NCBI RefSeq assembly: GCF_035084215.1
Contig: NC_090335.1
Location: 13,454,001 to 13,518,000 of the forward strand
Source of the DNA: Heptranchias perlo
Lineage: Eukaryota
Direction: 5' to 3'
DNA: 64,000 bases
The position numbers were made by a program, and so were the translations under genes. The notes under the pieces are model-generated. The model was not told the origin of the DNA. It ran no database searches and saw only the letters and a program-made list of their open reading frames with translations. This document shows, piece by piece, positions 12,776-25,339 of the stretch; position 1 is the stretch's first letter; every line of letters starts with the position of its first letter.

Positions 12776-13667
12776 TTAGATATACTTAATAACAGCTAGA
12801 TTCAGGAAAGATTTTTTTTCTCAGAAAATACAGTCTCATCCCTGCAGTTTTCAATGACTGGAATTGGAAGTGACGTTGGAACAAACAGTTTTTGGCATCG
12901 TTAAAAATGCAAAGGTAGGTTTTTCCCACATTAAAAGGGTTAAAATGAGCCATGGTTGTTGATGGCACTGACGTGTCCCTGGATGGCTATTTAAAGGCTG
13001 CAGTATTCCAGAGGCTGTATTAAATGTGGCTTTGTATATTTGAATGGACTTGCTGTTATGTACAGGGTGCATGTAAAATGAAACAATGAAGTCATGCATT
13101 TGGCAACATCTGTTTTAAGGATTGCAACCTGTCATTTTACATTTGCAAAATTAACCTTCAACCTTTGACTTCACCAAGTAGCTTGGGTGCCTAAGACAGG
13201 CTTGGGTGGCGGTTAAGACAGTGAGGGAGTTACTTCTACGATTTTGGCATATACCACAGAAAATCTACAAAGGCAGCCCAGTGGCCTCACTATTCCCCAC
13301 AAAATGAAGTCCCAACCTCTTGTCCGTGCCAAAAAAGGGTGTCATGGAATCACGGGGAAGATGCTGGGCTCTCGCTCCAAAAGAAAGCAAAAGCAGAGCA
13401 AAAGTGGTTTGAGATCACTCTGGGGCTCCACTTAGTGTCTGGTTACAGATTGCAAGTCACCTGAAGTGTACATGCCTGGCAGAACCGAAAAAGGAGAGAA
13501 ATATCCGCAAGTCAATCATAGTCCTTGGTTATCAAGGTACTACTTAAAATCATGGGAAACTGGCCAGGACTTACCTGTGCTTTGAACATCCACTGTTTTC
13601 TGTCTTCTCACCTTAAAAGCATTGCTAGAAGTAAAAGTACATTGCAACTGAAATATTTAGACAGCAG

Positions 13668-14015
13668 CCGGGGAGTATGGTTGTGTGATGGGTATGGCAC
13701 TGGACTAATAATCCCAGATGATGCAAATTCAAATCTCACTATAGCAGTTTGAGAGTTTTAATTCAATTTAAAAACAATCTGGAAAAGTGTCCAATTGGTT
13801 CACTAATGTCCTTTAGGAAAGGAAACCTGCCATCCTTATCCGGTCTGACCTATATATGACTCCAGTCCCACATCAACCTCTTAACTGCCCTCTGAAGTGG
13901 CCTAACAGGCCACATAGTTGTAGAAGGCCCACCACCTTCTCAGGACAACTGGGAATGGGCAAAAAATGCTGGCCTTGCCAGCAACACCCAAATCCTGAGA
14001 ATTAATTTATAAAAA
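13668..14015 (+). mobile_element. Second copy of the tRNA-derived SINE
   Basis: Aligns by eye with 8222-8665 (ggactaataatcc, aattcaaatc, cactaatgtcctttagg, gactccagtcccac, aaggcccaccacc). Confidence 0.8.
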
Positions 14016-15639
14016 CTTATCTTTCTGAAATACCAAATGAGGACTGAAACTGGCTTCACCAACTTTTACTGTGATTTTCCAAAGAAAGCTCTTTTAAAAG
14101 GTCTTCACAAAAGAACTTTAGCCAGTTTTATATTTGTGTGAGGAGGCAGATGTCCTTCAACATTTTCACTATGCTTATGTCACACACAAGCAGCATAATG
14201 ATATGTTTTGATGGAGTTTACTTCATTGTGCCAAGCCTTTGTTGAAAAGTTTATCCAAATGCTTTTTCAATTAAACTGTTGTCCCTAACACTATTGGCAT
14301 CTAAAGCATTAGGTCCTCATAGTGTCAAAAATGAATCATTTTGTTCCCTTCAAGTGAAGGGCACCAGCTCTTTAATGCTTAGGAAGAAATTATTATGAAT
14401 TTAAGGTCACAACCCATTATAGAAATATTTCTACTTGGAAAAGACAGAATTTGATTTTGGGTTGTGACGACACATCGGTAGTTGCTAATATTTTTCTCAG
14501 AATTTTAATTAACTTTTGACCTAAAAATGTTTGAAAGAGTACACAGTATAGGGCCTCATAAAACTGAAATAAAATACATGGAACTTTTACCTGTAGTACC
14601 CAAGAAGATACTTTATTTATCCAGCAGTCCCTTCAAAATGATACAGTGCCTTTCTACAAATGCAATTTGCTAATTAGGACAATTTACAATTTTTTTCATT
14701 AATGAGCCAGCCTGTTTTTGGAGGTCAGCCTTGCTCATTGAATGCAGAACCAGACTGGAGCTGAAACAATTATCAACAACATCACAGTACAAAGGAAAAG
14801 CTGGCCGCATTCCAACTGACTTCAATAGAAATGAAAATCGGGAGAGATATATAACGGGCGGCTGATCATTTCACACTATCGCTCAAAGTCAAAATTACCC
14901 CCAAAGAGTGAATAATACCTGGAATGGCCTTCTGGGGTGAGACGGTGGAGGCAAAAAGGGGGATTTTAATTCCCTCTGGCAACGGAAACTGGAGGGAATA
15001 GGAATTAAAACCGAGTGGCTCTTTTCCCCCCTCCAATTCCTCCCCATGGCCATTTTAAGGCCGGGCGGCTGAGGCGTCTCCCTGACTCATGAATATATGC
15101 TAATCGGGGTCTTGTTGCTCAGATAGGACCCTGACCCAATTTTAACAGCCTGTTGACTGGACCATCCACCGTGGTCACTCCAACCAGAGATCTAGGCTCT
15201 CTCCCCCCTTCCCACTCACGGAACCCCGACGATCTATCCCTTCCCCCCATGACTTACCTGAATGCTGATAGCCGGCTGCTACTTTACACCTGTTTCAAGT
15301 GGGCAGCTGACCAGCGGGATGTTAATGAGGCCTGGCCATTAAAATCGACCAGCCCTCCCACGAAGACTCCCAGGCAGGAGGTTTGACAGCTCCCTTCTCC
15401 CCTCTCCCATCCTTGTTTCCGCCCGGGAGTTCAAATCCAGGCTAAACCATTGGGAGTCATTTAAGAGGCCGTTGGATGCTGTGATGGGGCTGGGGGTGGG
15501 ACTGTAGGTTTCCATAGTGAGATACCCTCCCTCATCTATACTTATCTTTGTCATACTAAACCCAGACAGGTTCAGATTACTGGCTCAAACTTGGAAATTT
15601 TGCCACACTCGCGTCTTTCAGGTCCCTAACACCCCCGCC

Positions 15640-16405
15640 AACAACAACAACAACAAAACAACAACTTGCATTTATATAGAGCCTTTAATGTAGTAGAACG
15701 TCTCAAGGTGCTTCACAGGACCATTATCAAACAAAATTTTATCGAGCACCATAAGGAAATATTAGGACAGGTGAAAGAGGTAGGTTTTAAGAAGTGTCTT
15801 AAAAGAGGAGAGAGAGGTAGAGAGGCGGAGAGGTTTAGGGAGGGAATTCCAGAGCTCAGGACCTAGGCAGCTGAAGGCACGGCCGCCAATGGTGGAGCGA
15901 TCAAAACGGTTGTTACGCAAGAGGCCAGAATTGGAGGAGCGCAGAGATCTCGGAGGGTTATAGGGCTGGAGGAGGTTACAGAGATAGGGAAGGGCGAGGT
16001 CATGGAGGGATTTGAAAACATGGATAAGAATTTTAAAATGGAGGCATTGCCAGACCGGGTTACAATGTAGGTCAATGAGCACAGGGGTAATGAGTGAACG
16101 GGACTTGGTGCGAGTTAGGATATGGGTAGCAGAGCTTTGGATGAGCTCAAGGTTATGGAGGGTGCTAAATGGGAGGCCGGCCAGGAGAGCATTGGAATAG
16201 TCAAGTTTAGAGGCAACAAAAGCATGGATGAGGGTTTGTGCAGCAGATAAGCTGAGGCGGGGCGGAGGCGGGCAAAGTTATGGAGGTGGATGTAGGCAGT
16301 CTTGGTGATAGAGAGGGTATGTGGCTGGAAGCTCATCTCAGGGTCAAATAGGACGCCAAGGTTGTGAAGGTCTGGTTCAGCCTCAGACAGTGGCCAGTGA
16401 GAGGG
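15640..16405 (-). mobile_element. L2 LINE 3' fragment
   Basis: ORFs 16115..16435 (NLGVLFDPEMSFQPH) and 15762..16082 (FKILIHVFKSLH...RSLRSS...RAFSCLGPELWNSLP); (caa)n tail on the plus strand. Confidence 0.9.
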
Positions 16406-16462
16406 ATGGAGTCCCCGAGTCACTTTTAAGGGCATTGGAATCCTCCCTGACCTTGTAGATTA

Positions 16463-16593
16463 CATTTTTTAAATTCGTTCACGGGATGTGGGCGTCGCTG
16501 GCGAAGCCAGCATTTATTGCCCATCCCTAACTGCCCTCGAGAAGGTGGTGGTGAGCCGCCTTCTGGAACCGCTGCAGTCCGTGTGGTGACGGT
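16463..16593 (-). mobile_element. 3' tail of the LINE family that shares its tail with the 8222/13668 SINE
   Basis: Reverse complement reads aaggcggctcaccaccaccttctcgagggcagttagggatgggcaataaatgc...cacatcccgtgaacgaatttaaaaaa. Confidence 0.75.
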
Positions 16594-19500
16594 GACAATC
16601 CGGATTCTTTCCCCTCAGTCTGGTTCAGTAAAAACTGAAGTCGAATACATTTTAAAGTTCATCACAACTTTAATAGCAGGGTTCTTAGTCTGAAGCATTG
16701 ATTTGGACTCCTGATAGAGTCCCTCTATGCTGGCAGAGCAAGAACAAGAAACATACAGAAATCCACACGTTTTTATACAGATGAATAGGGTTGGAACATA
16801 CTTAACGAGGGTCAACACCAATCATAAGCCGGGCATAGGTTGCCATGCGAGGTTACATTATTGCCGGCCAATCATAAATCGTCCATGTGCTGATCATGTT
16901 GCTGTTAGACATCAAAGGGGATACTTCCTCACCTTCCAACCTGGAATGTTCTTCCCTGTCCCTTCTGTTCCTTATCTTCCAACCTGGAATGTCTTTCAAC
17001 TTTGGCTAAGCTCGTTACCTATATTGATCTGCCATAAACATGGAGACATTCAGACCAGTCCTTGAATCACATCAAAGACTCTACATTGATAAGACAATGC
17101 AAACCTGCTGACTACGCAAACATATGGCCCAGCAGGAGGCCAGGCCACCTGTACCAATCTCAGTTACTAACTAATTAACCCTTTCTAACCATTTTGCATT
17201 CTGCTTCTTTGCCACGTAGGCATCTTAATATTTTACCGAAAACTGACCACGTAGGGATTTTCAACGGTTCTCCCACAGTGCTGTTAGGAAGGGAGTTACA
17301 TGGCCCTGTTAATCTTTAGACTTCTAGCACACAATTGTTTGAAAAAAACTCTTTCAAATTTGTTTTCAACCCTTTTTTTGGTGTGGATTCCACCTCCTTG
17401 GACCTGAGAGATAGATGAAAACAAGTATGGAAAAGTGTTTCAAACTCATTCTTTAGCACTGCTGGAACATTTTAGCATCAAAACATTTGAAAGAAAAATA
17501 CCGTTACATCATTTCAATTTTACTTAACCTAACATTCAAAATTATTATAGTCTTAAATTCATCACTCAATATTGTAGTAATAAAGTACTGCTGACATTTA
17601 ATTGACTTTAGTACTGTAATGTGTTAGGGCTCACAGTGACCGAGCTGGAAACTTAAAAAAAGTAGTTGGCACAATGAAACTGAAATTCCCTGATCCTTCT
17701 GGTCCTCTAATAGTTAAAATATATGAAAAACAGAATATAGGAGAAGGGGAAGGGGAAGATGATGAGGGAAGGGGAAGGGGAATGGAAATGGAAGGGGAGA
17801 GGGAGAAGACAGGTAGTTCAGAAGTAGTTATTAATTTCTCCAGTTTTACTTAGTATTGGTTCTAATGTATATACTTTATAGGAGCAATTTGGTGAGGGGA
17901 GGCTCCCTAGAGAATGGAGAAATGGTCCTATAAAGGTTATAGATCTATCTTCAATCTACGCTCCCATCTGGCAAGGCTCCACCGACAGTCTTGCCTTGTA
18001 AGATTACCCCTTATATATATTTTAATGAGCGATTACCCCATATGTATTTTAATGTGAATGTAATAAAGCTAGAATGGACATTTCAGTAATAGTAGGCGAT
18101 GCTTCAGTGTCGGAGTATTTGAAATAAACAGTTAAGGACAGTCCAGGAAGTACAGAATCTACCAGCAGCCTAACGGTTAGCCCTTTGAACACTAGAGAAA
18201 CATTTCAGCATCACACACACAAAAAATGATTAGACAAATATCCAAATGCATAATTTCTATTTTATCCTAATATTCCGGCTGAATTACTAAATAAAAGCAT
18301 TCTTTTATGGAACGAGCAACACAAGGAGTTTGAAACAATTGTTATCAGATGCAGCACACTGCTTGTCACTGGGTACTGGGACACTCCACCCACGGCCTGC
18401 AGCACTGATATTAACCCTCCGTGACCAACACTATAAATATAAGTCTGCTCATTAAATGACATTTAATTTATGTCACTCTTGAGATGCTGTGCTCACAACT
18501 AACTCCAGTATATGTCTGTGATATTGTTAACCTGCAGAACTCTAAATGACTGTATCCTTTGTAGACTGTACTCCAGTTCATGACAAGACTGCTCTGTGCT
18601 GGTAATAGAAAGACACAATTTCTGAAGATAATAATAGAGATGATTCAACACCCCATTGATCATACACACTTCCTTTTATGATCTTTTGTATGAATTATGA
18701 AGAAAAATTGATTAAGGACCTGGATGGGTTATTTTGCACATGAGGGTTTTAGTTAATCTTATTTCGTATAAAATGTGTTTCTATGTTTATTTTTCCTTAT
18801 TTTTTTTGGGTAGATTTTGTGCTAATCGATACATGGGATGCCAACAATGGCAAACATATTTTGTGCTTATTGTACCCAATGTGTCAGCATAGAACAGCCC
18901 CAGGTAGGTTAGATACAGAGAAGGCTAACCTTGATGCTAATGGTCTGTTGTAACTCAGTATCAGAGCATCTAACTGAACTCCAGACTCAAATTGACCCAA
19001 ACTTGCTTCAGGTTCATTTGAAACCACTAGAAATTAATCCCGTTTAACTGTGTACGTGCTCAGTCACTTTGATATCAAGCCTTGGCTTTGTGTTGAGGAA
19101 TATCCCGCTATGCGTGTCCCTATGTGTTCTTTTCTATGGCTGGAGCTATAGCAGTGAGGGTAGATGCCTTTTTAATAAAACATTTCCAGTGCATGGAGGG
19201 GCGGGCGGGGGTGGGGGAGACCAATGTGTGCTTCTGGCCAGCAGTAAACAATGTAATTTGTCCCCCCTGCTGCCAATGAATATAAATGTTAATTATCCCT
19301 CAGTTTCCCGTTTGGTATTTGGAACTTATAAAAGGAATGGCATTGAGATGCAAAGGAGAAGGAGAATCTGGAACAACAAGGTACGAGCTGGATGCAGATG
19401 TATAAAAGAAATTAACTTCACGTTTGCCATGCTAACTTATGTCTGGGATCCTGCCCCACTAAAGTCACGATTGCAAGAGGAGCATTTAAAAACGGAGAGC

Positions 19501-19683
19501 AATTGACCTGCATAGTACAGCGAGCAGGGAAACAACGGGGGTGAAATCCTTCTTGGGCGGAGTGTAAAACGGATAATAGTGCATTGGCAGTCCGTTCACA
19601 CTCCACCCGATTTACTCTACCATTGACTTTAATTGTAAACAATTTTACAACACCAAGTTATAGTCCAGCAATTTTATTTTAAA

Positions 19684-19722
19684 TTCACAAGCTTTCGGAG
19701 GCTTCCTCCTTCCTCAGGTGAA
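19684..19722 (-). ncRNA. Minimal type I hammerhead ribozyme motif (inverted copy)
   Basis: Exact reverse complement of 19743-19781 within the palindrome. Confidence 0.8.
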
Positions 19723-19742
19723 CGATGTGAAATTTCACATCG

Positions 19743-19781
19743 TTCACCTGAGGAAGGAGGAAGCCTCCGAAAGCTTGTGAA
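19743..19781 (+). ncRNA. Minimal type I hammerhead ribozyme motif
   Basis: ttcac-CTGAGGA-a-ggagg(aag)cctcc-GAAA-gc-TT-gtgaa: stem I ttcac/gtgaa, CUGANGA box, stem II, GAAA box, palindromic AAGCTT in place of stem III. Confidence 0.8.
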
Positions 19782-20769
19782 TTTAAAATAAAATTGCTGG
19801 ACTATAACTTGGTGTTGTAAAATTGTTTACAATTGTCAACCCCAGTCCATCACCGGCATCTCCACATCATTGACTTTAATAGAAAACAAGATCGGGCGGA
19901 GTGTAAACCGGGCTGCCGATTCGCTGTCTCGGCGATTGCATATTTCCTTTGTCTCTTAGAACCTGGTCAACTCGAAACTGTCAGGAGGAACACCTGCTTT
20001 CCCTGTCAGCTAGAGGAATCTTGAGTGAAATACTTTTGGGCAGTTTTAAATCAACTGTTAGTGCGGGTCCATGGAACAAAACTACCTACAATCCAGCTCT
20101 GAATTAGTGGTCTCATTCAGAGAAAGACAGGATGGCAGGTGTGGGAAGTGGAACAGTTCACATTGATACAGAAGGGGTGCTCTTCTGATGTTAAGCAGAA
20201 TAGAAAGAATGCTGTACCTGACCTGGGAATACTCCATCCTGATACTGGTATAGAGGTATATAATATAATGAAAGGTTGCATGCCTAATGAGAGATTATAG
20301 AACTGCATAGAATGACATAGAAATGACACAGCACAGAAACAGGCCATTTAGCCCATCTGGTCCATGTCAGTGTTCATGCTCCACAGGAGCCTCCTGCCAT
20401 GGATTTCATCTAACCCTATCAGCATATCCTTTTATTCCTTTCTCCCTTGTGTACTTATCGAGCTGCTCCATAAATGCATCTATGCTATTTGCCTCAACTA
20501 CTCCAGGTAGCAAGTTCCACATTCTAACTACCCTTGAGGTAAAGAAGTTTCTCCTGAATTCCCTATTGGATCTATTAATGACTATCTTATATTTGTGTTC
20601 TCTAGTTTTGGTCTCCACCACAAGTGGAAACATCTTCTCTATGTCTACCCTATCAACCCCCTTCATATTTTTAAAGACCTCTATCAGGTCACTCCTCAGC
20701 CTCCCCTTTTCTAGAGAAAAGAATACCAGCCTGTTCAATCTTTTGTGATAGTTATAACGTCTCAGTGCT

Positions 20770-23700
20770 TTGCATCTGTCTTTACCAAGGAAGAAGATGC
20801 TACCAGGGTCTCAGTAAAGGAAGATGTCATTGAGATACTGGATAGGCTAATAATTGATAAAGAGGAGGTGCTAGAAAGGCTAGCTGGCTAGTAGATAAGT
20901 CACCTGGTCTGGATAGGATGTATCCTAGGTTGCTGAGGGAAATAAGGGTGGAAATTATGGTGGTACTGGCCATAATCTTCCAACCATCCTTAGATAGTGG
21001 GGTGGTGCCAGAGGACTGGAGAATTGCAAATGTTACACCCTTGTTCAAAAAAAGGTGTATGGATAAACTCAGCAACTATAGGCCAGTCAGTTTAACTTCG
21101 GTGGTGGGGAAACTTTTAGAAACGATAATGCGGGACAGAATTAGCAGTCACTTGGACAAGGGTGGATTGATTAGGGAAAGCCAGCACAGATTTGTTGAAG
21201 GCAAATTGTGTTTAACTAACTTGATAGAATTTTTTGATGAAGTAACAGAGAGGGTCGATGAGAAAATGCGGTTGATGTGGTGTACATCGACTTTCAAAAG
21301 GCGTTTGATAAACTACCGCATAATAGGCTTGTCATCAAGATTGAAACCTATGGAATAAAGGGGGCAGTAGCAGCATGGATACCAAATTGGCTAAGTAACA
21401 GGAAACAGAGAGTAGTGGTGAACTGTTGCTTTTCAGATTGGAGGGAGGTGTACAGTGATGTTCCCCAGGGGTTGATTCTGGAACTATGGGGGAAAAATTC
21501 GATAGGGGTCGTTTTTGAACGCGGGTAGCTGGATGCACTAGTACCCCGCGCCCAATGGCCCCTGCGCAGGCAGGATGCAAGTTTGGACCCACCGGAGCAC
21601 TTACCTGCAATCAGCGTTCCTGTCCAGGCCTTGCACGTGGAATCAATGCAATTTGCACTTTCCACCACCAGAGGGAGCTCAATCTCTTAAAGGGAGGATG
21701 TTTCTTAGAGGGCTCATAAAGGTAGCTGGTACCTGTTATTTGCTGTCTGCACAGAGTCTGAACAGAGATCAGACATCGCACACGTAAAACACAGATGCAG
21801 GTCCCAACCCTATGCTTACACACTGATGAGTTATGTTAAAACATTGAATAAAGGTTGCACACTACTAAATCCCACATCCGCTAATCTGCACGCCAGACCG
21901 CACCAATCTGCTGATCTGAGTTTGTACCAGGTCTGTGAGAGTGCATGCAGCAAGTTCTCTGCTGATGCACTAGAGACCTTGGGTGCAAGAGGTGGACAGA
22001 AGGAGGGACATCCTATATCCGCGGGGGGGGGGGCAAGAGGGCCTCTAGACAGCGGGGGGCGAAGTCAATGCCAGGCGCACAGCATCATGAACATGGATGC
22101 AGTGCAGGAAGAAGTTCAGTGCTTTGACATGAGTGGTCAAGGTGAGTGAGGTCAACTGTCAAGTGGCGTCTCCTACCAACTGCTCCATGCACTACACCCC
22201 CCCATCCCCCACATACCAATAAACTCTTTCCATCAGTACTCAACTCTTCCAATCAGATGCTTCCTCTCACCCTTACACATTACCACTGTTTCAAGCCGCG
22301 CACCCACAACTCACAGGCCACACACACTGGCAGCTATTCAACCACTACAGGCACAGCACCCAGACACACATCCCGTTTTCTTGCAGGAGAAGGTGGTGCA
22401 AATCAAGAGGCAGCATGTGGCAGTGGCATTTAGTCCCTCGAGCCTGTTCCACCATTCAATGAGATCATGGTGGACCTGTGACCTAACTCCATATACCCGC
22501 CTTAGCCCCATATCCCTTAATATCCTTGGTTCACAGAAATCTATCAATCTCAGATTTAACATTCACAATTGAGCTAGCATCAACTACCGTATGCAGAAGA
22601 GCATTACAAACATCTCCCATCCTTTGTGTGTAGAAGCATTTCCTAACTTCATTCCTACATGTCCTGGCTCTAAACGTTAGGCTATGTCTCCGCGTCCTAG
22701 TATTGAAGTCTAGGAGACCTCCAAAAACAGTTACAAATGTCTCGGCAGCCAGAAGCAATAATACAGCCACTAACCTGTAAATCCTGCATGGTCGTTTTAA
22801 ATAGCACTGGTGGGGGGTCCTCCAGGCACTCTAAGACACGTTCAAATGGTCGGAGTTAAGACTGTGCGTTGAGTTAAGTCCCAAAACGGTGTCTATCACT
22901 TTAAATCAGCGTTGTACACTGATTGAAGCCATTTTCTCCCTACTTTACGTGATTCCAGCGTTTGTTATCTGCGCCTGCGCTAACTCCTGTTCCAAGATGG
23001 CGTCTGGCGCATGTCACGCAGGAAATGTGCGTGCCCATCCAAGACGCCATCTTGGATGTTGGAGAGGTCGTGTAGCACCGAAACAACGGGCGCTACACGG
23101 CCCAATTTAGCACTCTACTGCTTTTCTTGATATATATTAACGACTTGGACTTGGGTGTACAGGGCATAATTTCTAAATTTGCAGATGACACAAAATTTGG
23201 AAGTGTAGTGAACAGTGAGGATAGAGATAGACTTCAAGAGGATATAGACAGGCTGGTGGAGTGGGCAGACACATGGCAGATGTAATTTAATGCAGAAAAT
23301 GCGAAGTTATACATTTCGGTAGGAAGATTGAGGAAAGGCAATATAAACTAGAGGGCACAATTCTAAAAGGGGTACAGGAACAGAGAGATCTGGGGGTTTT
23401 TGTGCACAAATCGTTCAAAGTGGCAGGGCAGGTTGAGAAAGCGGTTAAAAAAGCATACGGATATTGGGCTTTATAAATAGAGGCATAGAGTACAAAAGCA
23501 AGGAAGTCATGATTAATCTTTATAAAACGCTGGTTCGACCACAACTGGAGTATTGTATCCAGTTCTGGACACTGCACTTTAGGAAGGATGTGAAGGCCTT
23601 AGAGAGGGTACAGAAAATATTTACTAGAATGATTCCAGGGATGCTGGGGTTGTTCTCCTTGGAACAGAGAGGTTGAGAGGAGATTTGGTAGAGGTATTCA

Positions 23701-24060
23701 AAATCATGAAGGGTCCAGAAAGAATCGATAGAGAGAAACTGTTCCCCTTGGTGGAAGGGTCAAGAACCAGAGGACATAGATTTAAGGGGATTGGCAAAAG
23801 AACCAAAGGTGACATGAGGAAAAACTTTTTTTATGCAACGAGTGGTTAGGATCTGGAATGCACTGCCTGAGGGGGTGGTGGAGGCAGATTCAATCGTAGC
23901 TTTCAAAAGGAAACTGGGTGAGTACTTGAAAGGAAAAAATTTGCAGGGCTACGGGGATAGGGCAGGGGAGTGGGACTATCTGGATTGCTCTTGCACTGAG
24001 CCGGCATGGACTCGATGGGCCGAATGGCTCCTTCCGTGCTGTTACCTTTCTATGATTCTA
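20770..24060 (+). mobile_element. CR1 LINE (RT region to 3' tail), split by a Harbinger derivative
   Basis: ORFs 20918..21358, 21277..21528, 23464..23676 and 23833..24165 are consecutive ORF2 pieces; ends in a ttctatgattcta tail. Confidence 0.93.
21488..23115. mobile_element. Composite non-autonomous Harbinger carrying a CR1 3' fragment (copy 1)
   Basis: Interrupts CR1 ggaactactgctttt with a near-TSD (tat/tac); Myb/SANT remnant (KFSADALETL); right end homologous to 31700-32132; inverted near-copy at 57197-58795. Confidence 0.85.
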
Positions 24061-24659
24061 TGGTACCACCCTTGTAAATCTTTTTTGCATGCTCGCCCAG
24101 TGCCTCTTTATCTGTTTTGTAATATGGAGACCAGAACTGTGCACAGTACTCTAAGTGTGGTCTAACCAAGTTTCTACACAAGTGCAACATAACCTCTCTG
24201 CTTTTGAATTCTATTCCTCCAGAAATAAACCCCAGTGCTTTGTTTGCATTTTTATGGCCTTATTAATCTGCATCGCTACTTTTAGTGATTTGTGCATCTG
24301 TACCCCTGTTCTCTATGCTCCTCTACCCCATTTAGACTTACTATCCAAGCAGTATGTGGCTCCCTTATTCTTCCTACCAAAATGTAATATCTCATACTTG
24401 TCTATATTGAAATTCATTTGCCATTTACATGCCCATTCTGCAAGTTTATTAACTTCTTATATTTTGTCTCAGTTTTCCTCAGTATTAACTATACTCCCCA
24501 ATTTGGTGCCATCAGCAAATTTTGAAACTGTATTTACGATTCCTGAGTCCAAATCATTCATGTAAATGGTGGACAACAATGGTCTCAGCACCGATCCCTG
24601 TGGAATACCACTTCCCATCTTCCAGCAGTCTGAGTAACTACCTTTAACCCCTACTGTCT

Positions 24660-25332
24660 CTTTAAGGTATTTAGGGGAACCAGGCTCGAAAGGGTTAAAT
24701 AGTCAAGGCTTTAGCTGGAACTACTGTACCATAATATAGATTGCTTTTAAATTAAGCTACTGCAGCTGCATGATGACTAACAGCCGTGAGAATCTTCCTA
24801 TTGCAAACTAAGGGAGAAACATAACAGTACCCCCACTCCTTCAGACATACTGGAATGCTGAAGCTAGATAGTACTCCCGTTACCTTCAAGGCCTATAGGG
24901 TGATTCATCAACTGCAGGGACAGAGAAACATTGTGCTAAGAATCTTGTTATTGAGAATAAGGAGAGATATGGGGGACACAAGGCACTGTCTCTTCTGGTC
25001 AAGCATGCGTGGCCCATATGATTGGATAAATTAAAGGGAGTATTTGGGAAAATACCTGATTGGATGTATTTTACCGCAGTTCTGTTCTTTTGGGGTATAA
25101 CTGGAGGAGTCTGAGACTTTGTTAGTGTAGAAGCAAGAGGAGCGAGAAGCAGACACATGTTCTACCCAGAACAGAACGGGTAATATAATTGTTGTTCTGT
25201 ATTGTTAACTACAGCTTAGACACTTGCATGTATTGATCCTTGTGTGAAGTTAATAAAGTATCATTATATCCAATTGGAGTCAAGTCGAATTATTCTGACA
25301 CTATCCATTCTGCTGATTATTTCAGTTTGACA
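24660..25332 (+). mobile_element. Possible solo LTR (5' end unclear)
   Basis: Non-LINE block between two CR1 fragments with TATA-like gtataa (~25095), aataaa (~25252) and a terminal ...tttgaCA; no TSD seen. Confidence 0.35.
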
Positions 25333-25339
25333 GATTGGG

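Larger units (their letters stand above)
19631..19867. mobile_element. Penelope-like element pseudo-LTR remnant with inverted 5' duplication
   Basis: Perfect 204-bp palindrome (19631-19834) plus a 33-bp extension, flanked by a 13-bp direct repeat cattgactttaat (19621-33/19868-80); contains a minimal hammerhead and an aataaa signal, as known for PLE pLTRs. Confidence 0.8.
19537..19935. mobile_element. Hairpin-forming MITE interrupted at its centre by a Penelope-like insertion
   Basis: Arms ggcagtccgttcacactccacccgat / atcgggcggagtgtaaaccgggctgcc are imperfect inverted repeats around a cattgactttaat centre; a related fragment lies at ~14810-14902. Confidence 0.6.
20315..24660 (-). mobile_element. 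Older CR1 LINE in two pieces (20315-20769 and 24061-24660), split by a plus-strand CR1
   Basis: ORF 20406..20738 (FFSLEKGRLRSDLIEVFK); joining ...ctcagtgct to ggtaccacccttgtaaatc restores the minus-strand reading RFTRVVPALRRYNY...RLNRL. Confidence 0.85.

Noticed and set aside
14960-15600. GC-rich blocks (also ~34000-34660) as CpG-island promoters
   Set aside because: They look more like decayed non-autonomous DNA transposons, but I could not fix TIRs or TSDs, so they are left uncalled.
17740-17810. Purine-rich (GGGAA-like) tract as a regulatory G4/triplex site
   Set aside because: Ordinary low-complexity sequence with no supporting context.
16933-18055. Short direct repeats (cttccaacctggaatgt twice near 16933-16995; gattacccc...ttttaatg twice near 18002-18055)
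   Set aside because: Consistent with common small local duplications; no sign of function.
20315-21480. Twin-priming 5' inversion of a single CR1
   Set aside because: Both orientations have their own 3' tails and the minus copy resumes at 24061, so this is nesting.
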